Below are positions 19,142 through 30,016 of a DNA stretch of 64,000 nucleotides, in pieces. The position numbers and the translations under genes were made by a program. Origin of the DNA: an uncultured bacterium (GTDB lineage: Bacteria > Krumholzibacteriota > Krumholzibacteriia > JAJRXK01); the NCBI GenBank assembly GCA_964601275.1, contig CAZRMV010000001.1, positions 343,834 to 407,833 on the forward strand, given 5' to 3'. Each line of letters opens with the position of its first letter. Positions within the stretch are counted from its first letter, which is position 1. Under the pieces are notes generated by a model. That model did not search any database and was not told the DNA's origin. It was given only the letters and a program-made list of their open reading frames with translations.

Positions 19142-20659
19142 TCAGTCGATCTCGAACTTCACTCCCTGGGCCAGCGGCAGATCGTGACTGTAGTTGATCG
19201 TACAGGTCTGGCGCCGCATGTAGTTCTTCCACGCGTCGCTTCCCGCCTCGCGTCCGCCCCCGGTGTCCTTCTCGCCGCCGAAGGCGCCGCCGATCTCGGC
19301 TCCGCTGGTGCCGATGTTGATGTTGGCGATGCCGCAGTCAGAGCCGGCGGGACTGAGGAAGGTCTCGGCGGAGTGGAGGTTCGTGGTGAACATGGCCGAC
19401 GACAGGCCCTGGTCCACATCGTTCTGCATGTGGATGGCTTCTTCGAGGGTCTCGAACTCGAAGACGTAGAGGATCGGGGCGAAGGTCTCCTCCCGGGTGA
19501 TCTTCATCCCGTGACGGGCCTTGACGATGGTGGGTTCCACGAAGAAACCCTTTCGATCGATCCGTTTTCCCCCGGTGAGGATCTCCGCTCCCTCGGCCTT
19601 GGCTTCCTCGAGCGCGGCCATCATGTCCTCGACCGCACCTTCGTCGATCAAAGGGCCCATGAGGGTGTCGGGATCGAGGGGATCGCCGATGCTGATCGAC
19701 TCGTAGGCCTTGACGAGCCGGCGGGTGAATTCTTCCGAGATGCTCTTGTGGAGGAAGATCCGCCGGGTCGAGGTGCAGCGCTGCCCCGCGGTGCCCACCG
19801 CGCCGAAGGCGATGGCGCGCAGGGCCATGTCCAGGTCGGCGTCCTCGGTGACGATGATCGCGTTGTTGCCCCCCAGTTCGAGCAGGCTGCGGCCGAGACG
19901 CTGGGCCACCACCGAACCGATGCGGCGTCCCATGCGGCAGCTCCCGGTCGCGCTGATCAAGGGAACCCTCCGGTCGTTGATGAGCCGCTCACCGACCTCT
20001 GAACCCCGGCCGACCACCAGGTTGAACACCCCCTGCACGTCGTTGGCCTTCATCACCCGGTCGCAGATGTGCTGGACCGTGATGGCGCACAGGGGAGTCT
20101 TCGAGGAGGGCTTCCAGATCATCGTGTCGCCGCAGACGGCCGCGATCATGGCGTTCCAGGCCCATACCGCGACGGGGAAGTTGAAGGCGGTGACGATTCC
20201 CACCGGACCCAGGGGGTGCCACTGCTCGTACATGCGGTGCAAGGGGCGCTCGCTGTGCATGCTCAGGCCATAGAGCTGGCGCGACAACCCCACCGCGAAA
20301 TCGGCGATGTCGATGGCCTCCTGGACCTCGCCTTCTCCCTCGCTGAGGATCTTGCCCATCTCGAAGGAGATGAGTTGCCCCAAGGGCCTCTTGTACTTGC
20401 GGAGTTCCTCTCCCAACTGCCGCACGATCTCGCCGCGCTTGGGAGCCGGCACCATGCGCCAACTCGCGAAGCGCTGCTGGGCGGCCTGCACGACCGTTTC
20501 GTAATCGTTCTCGTCTGCCTGCAGCACCTTGCCCACCGGCTTCTCCTCGGTGGGGGAGATGCTGGTGAGTTCCCCGCCGCCGGGGTGTTCGATCCAACCG
20601 TTGCCGTAGGCTCCGGAGTTCACGCCGGAGAGACCGAGTTCCTTGAGAAAGTCGCGCAT
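19142..20659 (-). CDS. alpha-aminoadipic semialdehyde / piperideine-6-carboxylate dehydrogenase (ALDH7 'antiquitin' family)
   Basis: Start at MRDFLKELGL within ORF 19142..20755. Near-colinear with ALDH7A1: PAPKRGEIVRQ, FEMGKILSEGEGEVQE, ITAFNFPVAVWAWN, LELGGNNAIIV, VGTAGQRCT, EIGGAFGGEKDTGGGREAGSDAWKNYMRRQTCTINYS. Confidence 0.9.
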   Translation of the reverse strand: MRDFLKELGLSGVNSGAYGNGWIEHPGGGELTSISPTEEKPVGKVLQADENDYETVVQAAQQRFASWRMVPAPKRGEIVRQLGEELRKYKRPLGQLISFEMGKILSEGEGEVQEAIDIADFAVGLSRQLYGLSMHSERPLHRMYEQWHPLGPVGIVTAFNFPVAVWAWNAMIAAVCGDTMIWKPSSKTPLCAITVQHICDRVMKANDVQGVFNLVVGRGSEVGERLINDRRVPLISATGSCRMGRRIGSVVAQRLGRSLLELGGNNAIIVTEDADLDMALRAIAFGAVGTAGQRCTSTRRIFLHKSISEEFTRRLVKAYESISIGDPLDPDTLMGPLIDEGAVEDMMAALEEAKAEGAEILTGGKRIDRKGFFVEPTIVKARHGMKITREETFAPILYVFEFETLEEAIHMQNDVDQGLSSAMFTTNLHSAETFLSPAGSDCGIANINIGTSGAEIGGAFGGEKDTGGGREAGSDAWKNYMRRQTCTINYSHDLPLAQGVKFEID

Positions 20660-20849
20660 CGAAGGGTTCTCCTCGAATCGAAGACCAGGTGGGAGAAGAA
20701 GAAAAGCGGGGGAAGGCCTCCGGGTGGGAGCCTGCCGGTGCCCAAGATAGCACACCGGACCGCCGGGAAAAAGCGGAGGGCGAAATGAAGAAGGGCTTCC
20801 CGGCCGGTCCGCGCCTCTTCGCCCGGTGGGGGGAGGGGGGGAACGAGGT

Positions 20850-20881
20850 GCGGCCCGACTCCGGGAGGAGAGTCGGGCCGC
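20850..20881. other. strong 12-bp palindromic hairpin (GCGGCCCGACTC N8 GAGTCGGGCCGC) preceded by a G-tract, inside a 600-bp divergent intergenic region
   Basis: Read directly; a G-run GGTGGGGGGAGGGGGGGAA at 20826-20844 lies immediately upstream. No CDS is supported in 20756-21360. Confidence 0.4.
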
Positions 20882-21360
20882 GGCGGCAGCACTCGCGTGT
20901 CACGGCAGCACGCGAATGCCCGGGGAAGAAAGACTCGGGGCCCCCGGTTCGACGGCGGCGAAGGCGCGTGGAGCGTCGCCCCCGTTGGGTCTGAGGAGGT
21001 ACCAGCCGAGTCTCACCCCGGGAATCCGGGTGCGAAGCTCAGGCCGTTCGCCGAAACCTCCGGATCGAGGGCCCCGCACTCCACCCGTCGCAACGGGGGG
21101 AGTGGAAGCGGAGGAACCGCCCCCGGCGCAGGCGCTTTCGTTCCTCTGACCGGGAAGGCAGCAAGCCCCGTGCACAGTTTCCGGACCGAGTCCGCACGAG
21201 GGGTCCGATGACCCCAGCGCGGGGCAGCTTGGCTGGCCGCTCTCCCACCGGCCGGGTCGGGGGCCGGGCTTTCCCGCCGCGGCCCAGCTTTCCCCGGGGG
21301 GGAGCGGCGGAATCGCGGGGGTCTCAGTATCTTGGCCCGATCCACTCCCCGGGAAACCAC

Positions 21361-23559
<2,199 letters not shown>

Positions 23560-23609
23560 GCTGCACCGGTCCGTGGAATCGTCCTTTCCTGAAGGTCTTC
23601 GAGGTGTCG

Positions 23610-24776
23610 ATGCCGATGTTTGTTCTTTCCCCCGTTCTCTTGCACCGGGCCGGTTCGCGGCCGGCGGTCACCACCTTTCTTCTCTCCCTGGTCGTCCTGA
23701 TGGTGATCGCGTCATGGCCGGTCTCCACCCGCGCCGGCGATGGGCGGCCGCGCTTCGACCCCTCGATCCGCAACGCGCGGTTGTTGACCCAGAATCCCGA
23801 TACCATCTTTCCCTGGGACAACGCCGAGGCGTACTTCTCGCCGGACGGCAAGAGCCTGATCTTCCAGTCGAGCCGTGACGGGCGTCCTTGTGACGCGATC
23901 TACCGGATGGACCTGTCGGGCCAGAACCTCGAGATGATCTCCAGCGGAGAGGGACGCTGCACCTGTTCCTACTATTCCCCCGATGGAAAGTGGATCGTCT
24001 ACGCGAGCACGCATCTTTCCGGCGACGAGTGTCCCGCCCGGCCCTCCATGAAGGAGGGATACACCTGGCCGATCTACGACAGCTACGAGATCTTCAAGGT
24101 TCCGGTGGGAGGGGGCCCTCTGGTGCAGCTCACCCACCAGCCGGGGTACGACGCCGAGGCGGTGTATCGCCCCGACGGCAAGAAGATCCTCTTCACCAGC
24201 ACCCGCGACGGCGATCTGGAACTCTACGACATGAACCCCGACGGAAGCGGGGTGCGGCGACTCACCCACGCTCCCGGATACGACGGCGGGGCCTTCTACA
24301 CCCAGGACAGCCGCTGGATCGTGTTCCGGGCCCGCCATCCCCAGGGCGAGGAACTGGCCGACTATCGGCGTCTGTTGGCGAAGGGACTGGTGCGTCCGAA
24401 TCGTCTCGACCTGTACATCATGGACCGGGACGGCGGAAACCTGCGGCGCATCACGAGCAGCGGGGACCAGGGGGTCACCAATTGGGCCCCCTACCCCCAC
24501 CCGGATGGGAAACGGATCGTCTTCGCGAGCAATCGGGACGATTTCGACCAGACCGTTCCGGGCCAGTATGGTTACAATTTCGAGCTCTACCTCATCGGTA
24601 TCGATGGTCGAGGTCTGCGCCGGCTGACCTTCCACCGGGGTTTCGACGGCTTTCCCATGTTCTCGCCCGACGGAAAGCGCTTGGTGTGGTGCGGAAACTA
24701 CGCGCCCCGCCGCCCCCACGATACCGATGTGATCCTCGCCGACTGGGTGGAAACGGGCGCATCAGGGGGAAAATGA
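23610..24776 (+). CDS. periplasmic WD40-like beta-propeller (PD40 / TolB-like) repeat protein
   Basis: Signal peptide MPMFVLSPVLL...STRAG. Repeated PD40-type blades (FSPDGKSLIF, YSPDGKWIVY, YRPDGKKILFTSTRDG, NPDGSGVRRLT, HPDGKRIVFASNRDD, FSPDGKRLVW). Confidence 0.7.
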   Translation: MPMFVLSPVLLHRAGSRPAVTTFLLSLVVLMVIASWPVSTRAGDGRPRFDPSIRNARLLTQNPDTIFPWDNAEAYFSPDGKSLIFQSSRDGRPCDAIYRMDLSGQNLEMISSGEGRCTCSYYSPDGKWIVYASTHLSGDECPARPSMKEGYTWPIYDSYEIFKVPVGGGPLVQLTHQPGYDAEAVYRPDGKKILFTSTRDGDLELYDMNPDGSGVRRLTHAPGYDGGAFYTQDSRWIVFRARHPQGEELADYRRLLAKGLVRPNRLDLYIMDRDGGNLRRITSSGDQGVTNWAPYPHPDGKRIVFASNRDDFDQTVPGQYGYNFELYLIGIDGRGLRRLTFHRGFDGFPMFSPDGKRLVWCGNYAPRRPHDTDVILADWVETGASGGK

Positions 24777-24974
24777 GCCCTTCCGGTCGACGATTCCGGC
24801 ACAAGGATTGCCTTGGATCGAGGGGGGCGGCCCCTTGACGACCCTGTCGTCAGGATCTCCCGAGGGACCCCCGGTGCGACAGGCCCCACTTCCGGAGTAT
24901 CCATGATGACTCCCCACGAGGAGATTCCCAGCGTGACCTCCCCGGCCTCTCCGGGACGTCAACGCTTGCGTACC

Positions 24975-26003
24975 ATGCAGGCGATGGTCCTGGACCCGCA
25001 ACCTCGACTGGCCGCGGTCCGGCGTCCCCACCCGGACGAGGGCGAGGCGCTGGTGAAGGTGCGCCTGTGCGCGATCGCCCGGAGTGATCTCGATCTCGCG
25101 CGGGGTCATCGGCCGGTAGCGCATCATCCCTACATCATGGGTCATGAATTCGTGGGCGAGGTGGTGGAGGCCACCACCGAAGCCGGGGCGAGCTGGGTGG
25201 CAAAACGGGTGATCGCCTACCTCAATCCGCCGTGTCACCGATGCCTTTCCTGCCAGAACGGTCGGACCTGGCTCTGTGAAACGGGAATGACCCGCGCCCT
25301 GGGCATGGGGGTGGTGGACGGCGCCCTGGCCGAGTGGGTCGTCGTTCCGGAAAGCTCGTTGGTGGAGGTTCCCGAGCAGGTGGACGACCAGGAAGCGGTC
25401 TTCGCCCACCCGCTCGCCAGTGCCCTGGAGGCCGCCGGCTGGGTCAATGGTCCGCCTCCCCAGCGCGTGCTGATCGTCGGAGACGGGAAACTGGGTCTGC
25501 TCACCACCCTGGTGTTCCACGCTGCCGGGCACACCGTGAGTGTGTTGGGGCGTCACCCCTCACGTCGCGAACTCCTGTGGCGCAGTGGAATCTCCTTCAG
25601 CGGCGTCCGCCGGGCGGGCGAAGAGGGCGAGGGTCTTTCCGGGGCCAAGGTGGTGAAGGAATCGCACAGCCTGGTCATCGATTGCTCGGGCCATCCCTCG
25701 GGACTGGAATTGGCCGTCGATGCGGTGCGACCCCGGGGAAGGATCGTGTTGATGAGCCGCTATTCCGAAGAGGAAGGCTTCGACCTCCGTTTTGTCACCG
25801 AGAAGGAGATCGACCTGGTGGGAGTTCGGGGAGGGCGCCTCGACCGCAGCCTCGAGTATCTCCTGCGCAAGCGGATCGACATCCTCCCGCTGGGTGCCGC
25901 GACCTATCCGCTCCTGGATGGGATGGCCGCCTTCGACCAGGCCTCCACCCGGGGGGCGCTCAAGGTCTTCGTCCGACCGTCTCCGGGGGGTGGGTCGTCG
26001 TGA
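24975..26003 (+). CDS. zinc-containing alcohol dehydrogenase (MDR superfamily)
   Basis: Start MQAMVLDP within ORF 24813..26003. Catalytic Zn motif GHEFVGEV; structural Zn Cys CHRCLSCQNGRTWLC; Rossmann GDGKLG. Confidence 0.8.
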   Translation: MQAMVLDPQPRLAAVRRPHPDEGEALVKVRLCAIARSDLDLARGHRPVAHHPYIMGHEFVGEVVEATTEAGASWVAKRVIAYLNPPCHRCLSCQNGRTWLCETGMTRALGMGVVDGALAEWVVVPESSLVEVPEQVDDQEAVFAHPLASALEAAGWVNGPPPQRVLIVGDGKLGLLTTLVFHAAGHTVSVLGRHPSRRELLWRSGISFSGVRRAGEEGEGLSGAKVVKESHSLVIDCSGHPSGLELAVDAVRPRGRIVLMSRYSEEEGFDLRFVTEKEIDLVGVRGGRLDRSLEYLLRKRIDILPLGAATYPLLDGMAAFDQASTRGALKVFVRPSPGGGSS

Positions 26004-27010
26004 AGGCCCTGATGATGGATCGTACGCTGCAGGTGGTGGAGATCCCCACCCCGGGATCGGCGGAGGGGTACCTGCGGGTCCGCGTCCTGGTGGGACTGAT
26101 CAGTGGTCTCGATGTCGACATCGAAGCGGGCCGCCGCCCCTATTCCGGCATTCCCGGAACCTCCTTCGTGGGAGTGGTCGAGGATGCCCGTGACCCGGAG
26201 GATCGGCGCCTGTTGGGAAAGCGAGTGGTGGTCCGGGCGATCTACGGCTGCGGAATCTGCGACGCGTGCCGGACCGGCTTCGAGGATCGTTGCCGCGACC
26301 GGATCCGGCCGGGGCTGTACGGTGCGGGCGGAGGACACGTCGAGTATGTCAGCCTGCCGTCCCGGGCGGTGGTGGTGGTCCCCGATGCGGTCAGCGACGA
26401 AGCCGCGGTCCTGGCTCCGTCGGTGGCCGCGATCTACGAAGCGATCAGCCGGGGAAACCTGCCCCACTGGACCAATGTCCTGGTGATCGGCGACGGGGGA
26501 ATGGGGATGCTCACCGCGCTCTCCCTTGCGTCGGCCGGCTACACCGTGACCCTGCGGGGCAAGCACGGAGATCGCTTCGACATCCTCCGGCGGCATGGCA
26601 TCCATTTCAACCTGGCGACCGAAGAAGACGAACTGATCGGAGCGAGACCCGGGCGTTTCGGCCCGGCACTGGCCAGCTATCCCTTCGTCTTCGAGGCGAC
26701 CGGGAAGGCCAGCGGGTGGGACGCCGCCCTGCGCCTGGTGAGTCCGGGAGGGACGGTCTATGAGCTGAGTTCCTTCCAGGACCGGGTTCCCCGCCGCCTG
26801 ACCGCGGTCTTCGATCGGAACATCCGGGTGCTGGGCCTGCGCCAGGGGCCTCTCGAACCTGTCCTGAGCATCTTCGCTGCCGGGCTCTTCGACCCCACGG
26901 AGGTGGTGGGGCCGAGCTATTTGCTGGACGAAGGGCCTCAGGCCTACGCCAACGTGCGCACCCACCGGGACCGCCTGGCCCTGCTGCGGGTCTCCCACCT
27001 GGAGGATTGA
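26000..27010 (+). CDS. second MDR-family dehydrogenase/reductase (zinc ADH-like paralog)
   Basis: GTG at 26000 overlaps the upstream stop (GTGA); an in-frame ATG at 26012 (MMDRT) is an alternative. Structural-Zn motif GCGICDACRTGFEDRC; Rossmann VIGDGGMG. Confidence 0.75.
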   Translation: MKALMMDRTLQVVEIPTPGSAEGYLRVRVLVGLISGLDVDIEAGRRPYSGIPGTSFVGVVEDARDPEDRRLLGKRVVVRAIYGCGICDACRTGFEDRCRDRIRPGLYGAGGGHVEYVSLPSRAVVVVPDAVSDEAAVLAPSVAAIYEAISRGNLPHWTNVLVIGDGGMGMLTALSLASAGYTVTLRGKHGDRFDILRRHGIHFNLATEEDELIGARPGRFGPALASYPFVFEATGKASGWDAALRLVSPGGTVYELSSFQDRVPRRLTAVFDRNIRVLGLRQGPLEPVLSIFAAGLFDPTEVVGPSYLLDEGPQAYANVRTHRDRLALLRVSHLED

Positions 27011-27054
27011 GGCCGGCCCTGCGACCGGGCCGGTGATCTCCTTCGCCGCTTCGT

Positions 27055-28365
27055 TCAGCGCACGGTGATCGAGCCGCTTCCGGTGCTCAACGAGACCCGC
27101 GCTTCGCCCGCCCCCACCCGCGCGATCAAGCGGTCGTCCTCCTTCGATTCGACGTGGGCGTCCTCCCGTTCCAGATGGATGCCGCCGCTGGACCACGAGG
27201 CGTCGATCCGCGCCGACGCCTCCCGGGGCAATCCGAGTTCGATGTCCCCGCTGCCGGTCTCCAGCTCGAACTGTCCTTCTTCGAGCCGTTCGAAGACCAC
27301 CCGGAGATCACCGCTGCCGGTCTCCATCTGCGCCCTCAGGGCGCGGAGCCCCCGGGCCGAGATCCCGCCGCTTCCCGTATCGACGGACAGTTCCCGGCAG
27401 CGAAGGCCCTCGAGCCGGATCGCCCCGATCCCGGTGTCCACGGAGACCCGCTGGGCCTCGGTGTCCTCCAACCGCACTGCGCTGCTGCCGGTGTCGATCG
27501 TGAGCTTGCCCCCTCGGCTCGAACGGACCACCACCGCGCCGCTGCCGGTGTCGATGCTCAGACTTCCCTGGATTCCGGTCGCCTCGACCTCTCCACTACC
27601 GGTGTCCGCGGTCGTCTTCCCCTCGATCGACTCCAGCCGGACCGCGCCACTTCCCGTGTCGACTTCCACCTTCCCCTGGATCCGCGCCAGGCGCACATCA
27701 CCGCTGCCGGTGTCGGCGGAGACGTCGCCTACCACCTCTTCGGCGGTGACCGTTCCCTGCACCGCGATCAGTTCGAGTTCTCCGCGGACCTCCTTCGCGG
27801 AGATCTCCCCGCAGCCCAGATAGACCGTACACTCCCGGCCGCGGGGGACATGGATCGTCAGGTCCACCCAGAGCTCCATCCCGTCGCCTCCCCCGGAGAC
27901 CACGACCCTCCGCTTGCGGTCGCCCAGCAGGCGGCGCAGCAGGCTGCCCTCTCCGTGACGGGCGGGGTCGTAGTCGAACTCGGAGCGCGATCGGCGGCCC
28001 AGAAGAGGGTAGACGTACTCGTGATGCTCTTCGGTCGGGTACCGCAGGATCAGTTGGCTGTGGGACGAACCCTCCTTCAGGTCGAAGGTGATCGCGTCCT
28101 CGGTGGCGTCCTTTCCCCGGACGCGGGCCTCCACGCGGAAGACCTCGCCCTCGGCCGCGGTCAGTTCCACCGTTCCGGCCAGGTCGCCGACCAGGAGCCG
28201 GTTGCCCTCCAGTTCGAATTCGCGGAGGATCTCCCCCCGTCCCGGGGAGGCGAAAGCGAGCAGCGCCAGCAGCAAGGGAAGCAGAAACGGCCAGGGCGGA
28301 ACGGGTCCGGCGTGCCTATTCTTCCGCCCCGGGTGGGGGTGGGTGGATGGGATCGAGGAGCGCAC
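27055..28365 (-). CDS. DUF4097-type beta-strand repeat protein (putative adhesin-like, DTGSG repeats), secreted
   Basis: 436 aa. N-terminal hydrophobic signal; the C-terminal half has about 11 tandem ~16-aa units of x[DE]TGSGx[IV]x[LV] (DTGSGDVRL, DTGSGAVRL, DTGSGEVEA, DTGSGAVVV, DTGSSAVRL, DTGIGAIRL, DTGSGGISA, ETGSGDLRV, ETGSGDIEL, STGSGSITV). Confidence 0.7.
   Translation of the reverse strand: MRSSIPSTHPHPGRKNRHAGPVPPWPFLLPLLLALLAFASPGRGEILREFELEGNRLLVGDLAGTVELTAAEGEVFRVEARVRGKDATEDAITFDLKEGSSHSQLILRYPTEEHHEYVYPLLGRRSRSEFDYDPARHGEGSLLRRLLGDRKRRVVVSGGGDGMELWVDLTIHVPRGRECTVYLGCGEISAKEVRGELELIAVQGTVTAEEVVGDVSADTGSGDVRLARIQGKVEVDTGSGAVRLESIEGKTTADTGSGEVEATGIQGSLSIDTGSGAVVVRSSRGGKLTIDTGSSAVRLEDTEAQRVSVDTGIGAIRLEGLRCRELSVDTGSGGISARGLRALRAQMETGSGDLRVVFERLEEGQFELETGSGDIELGLPREASARIDASWSSGGIHLEREDAHVESKEDDRLIARVGAGEARVSLSTGSGSITVR
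27130..27770. repeat. tandem ~48-nt coding repeats (DTGSG units of the DUF4097 gene)
   Basis: On the + strand the unit ccgctgccggtgtc (reverse complement of GACACCGGCAGCGG, encoding DTGSG) recurs about 10 times at ~48-nt spacing. Confidence 0.6.
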
Positions 28366-28492
28366 GGTGGACCTCCCGGAAGAAGACGGCCGGAGCGTCC
28401 GTCGTGGACCTCCGACGGCAGGATGGTGGACATGTTCTTCCTATGGACGTACCAACCGGGCCGAGGGTTGCAGACCGTTCGGGAGTGGTCTC

Positions 28493-29260
28493 TTGGGTGA
28501 AGAGCGATTGAGACGGGAAGACGCGGGATCACTCCAACGGTGGCGCCTGGTGAGGGCGCGGGGCAACGCCTTGGACGAGGAGACCCTTCAGCTTCTGGCC
28601 GACGCCTTCCAGGACGCCCGCAGCGATCCGCGCCCGGTGGTGCTCTGCGGGCGGGGCCACACCTTCTGCACCGGGTTGGACCTTTCCCGGGCGGTCCTCG
28701 CCGATCGCGAGACCATGGCCCGGTGGATGGAAGGCTTCCACCGGGCGCTCACCGCATGCTTCCTTCACCCGGCGCCGGTGGTGGCGGCGCTGGGGGGCCA
28801 CGCCCTGGCCGGGGGGGCGCTGTTGGCCCTCGCTTGCGACCGCCGGCTGATGGCCAAGGACAGCTCCGGCCGCTTCGGAGTCCATGGGATCCGACTGGGG
28901 GTGTCCTATCCCCAGGTGGCGATCGAGATCCTGCGCGCCCAGTTTCCCCGGGCGGTCGTGGAAGAGCTTCTCTATTCTGGCCGGGTGTTCACGCCGGAGC
29001 AGGCGTGCGAGGCCGGTCTGGTCGACCGGGTGCTTCCGGCGGAAGAACTGGAGAACGAGGCGGAGAAGGACGCGATCGCCTTGCTTGCTGGGGGAAGGGG
29101 AAGCTTCGCCGACCTCAAGGAGGCAATCCGGCGGCCGGCGCGGCTCCGCCTGCAGGAGTACGATCCGGCGGGAGCGGCCGCTTGGCTCGACCAGTGGTTT
29201 CTCGAGGAAACCCAGGGCCGGCTCCGGGAAGCCTTGAACGCGCTGGGGAGGAAGAAATGA
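28493..29260 (+). CDS. enoyl-CoA hydratase/isomerase (crotonase) family protein
   Basis: Within ORF 28088..29260; TTG at 28493 follows GGGAG (TTG at 28508 is an alternative). Crotonase signatures LVRARGNAL, FCTGLDL and GHALAGGALLALACDRRLMA. Confidence 0.75.
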   Translation: MGEERLRREDAGSLQRWRLVRARGNALDEETLQLLADAFQDARSDPRPVVLCGRGHTFCTGLDLSRAVLADRETMARWMEGFHRALTACFLHPAPVVAALGGHALAGGALLALACDRRLMAKDSSGRFGVHGIRLGVSYPQVAIEILRAQFPRAVVEELLYSGRVFTPEQACEAGLVDRVLPAEELENEAEKDAIALLAGGRGSFADLKEAIRRPARLRLQEYDPAGAAAWLDQWFLEETQGRLREALNALGRKK

Positions 29261-30015
29261 TCCGACGCGAAGACCACGATGAGATCCGGGTTCTTCACCT
29301 GGAGCGGGGAGCGGCGAACGCGCTCTCCCCCGACTTCCTCCAGGAACTGGGCCGGGTGATCGCCGAGGAACGCAGGAAACCGCCCCGTGGACTGGTGCTC
29401 ACCGGACACGGCGAGTTCTTCTGCGGCGGACTGGACCTGCCGGCATTGGCCGAACTCGACCTGCCTCGGATCCGTCGGGTCCTCCACCAGCTCTACGGGA
29501 TGTGTCGCGACCTCTTCGCCTTCCCCCGGCCGGTGATCGCGGCCATCAACGGGCACGCGATCGCCGGTGGAGCGCTGCTCGCCCTGGCCTGTGATCAACG
29601 CCTGATGGCGCAGGGCGAGGGCAAGTTCGGCTTGAACGAGAGCCAGCTCGGCCTGTCGGTTCCCCCCAGCCTGGTGGAGATGTGCCGTTATACCCTCAGT
29701 CGTCCGCTGCTGGAAAAGCTCATGTACGGGGGACAGGTCTACCCGGCGTTCAAGGCCTATGACATGGGGGTCCTCGATGAGCTGGTGGAAACCGACCGGC
29801 TGCTGCAGGACAGCGCCGAGGCGGTGCGACGGTGGACGACCTCGGTGACCGCCTTCGCCGAGATCAAGTCGCGCCTGAAGGCTCCCACTCTCGACGCCAT
29901 GGCCGCCGCCCACCTCGAAGACGAATCATGGGTGAAGTGTTGGTTCCGTCCGGATGCCCAGCGCCGCATCCGGGACGTGGTCGATCGCCTCGGTGGCGAA
30001 GGAGGCGATGCGTGA
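29257..30015 (+). CDS. enoyl-CoA hydratase/isomerase (crotonase) family protein, second paralog
   Basis: ATG overlaps the upstream stop (ATGA) and is preceded by GGGGAGGAAG. FCGGLDL and GHAIAGGALLALACDQRLMA. Confidence 0.75.
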   Translation: MIRREDHDEIRVLHLERGAANALSPDFLQELGRVIAEERRKPPRGLVLTGHGEFFCGGLDLPALAELDLPRIRRVLHQLYGMCRDLFAFPRPVIAAINGHAIAGGALLALACDQRLMAQGEGKFGLNESQLGLSVPPSLVEMCRYTLSRPLLEKLMYGGQVYPAFKAYDMGVLDELVETDRLLQDSAEAVRRWTTSVTAFAEIKSRLKAPTLDAMAAAHLEDESWVKCWFRPDAQRRIRDVVDRLGGEGGDA

Positions 30016-30016
30016 A

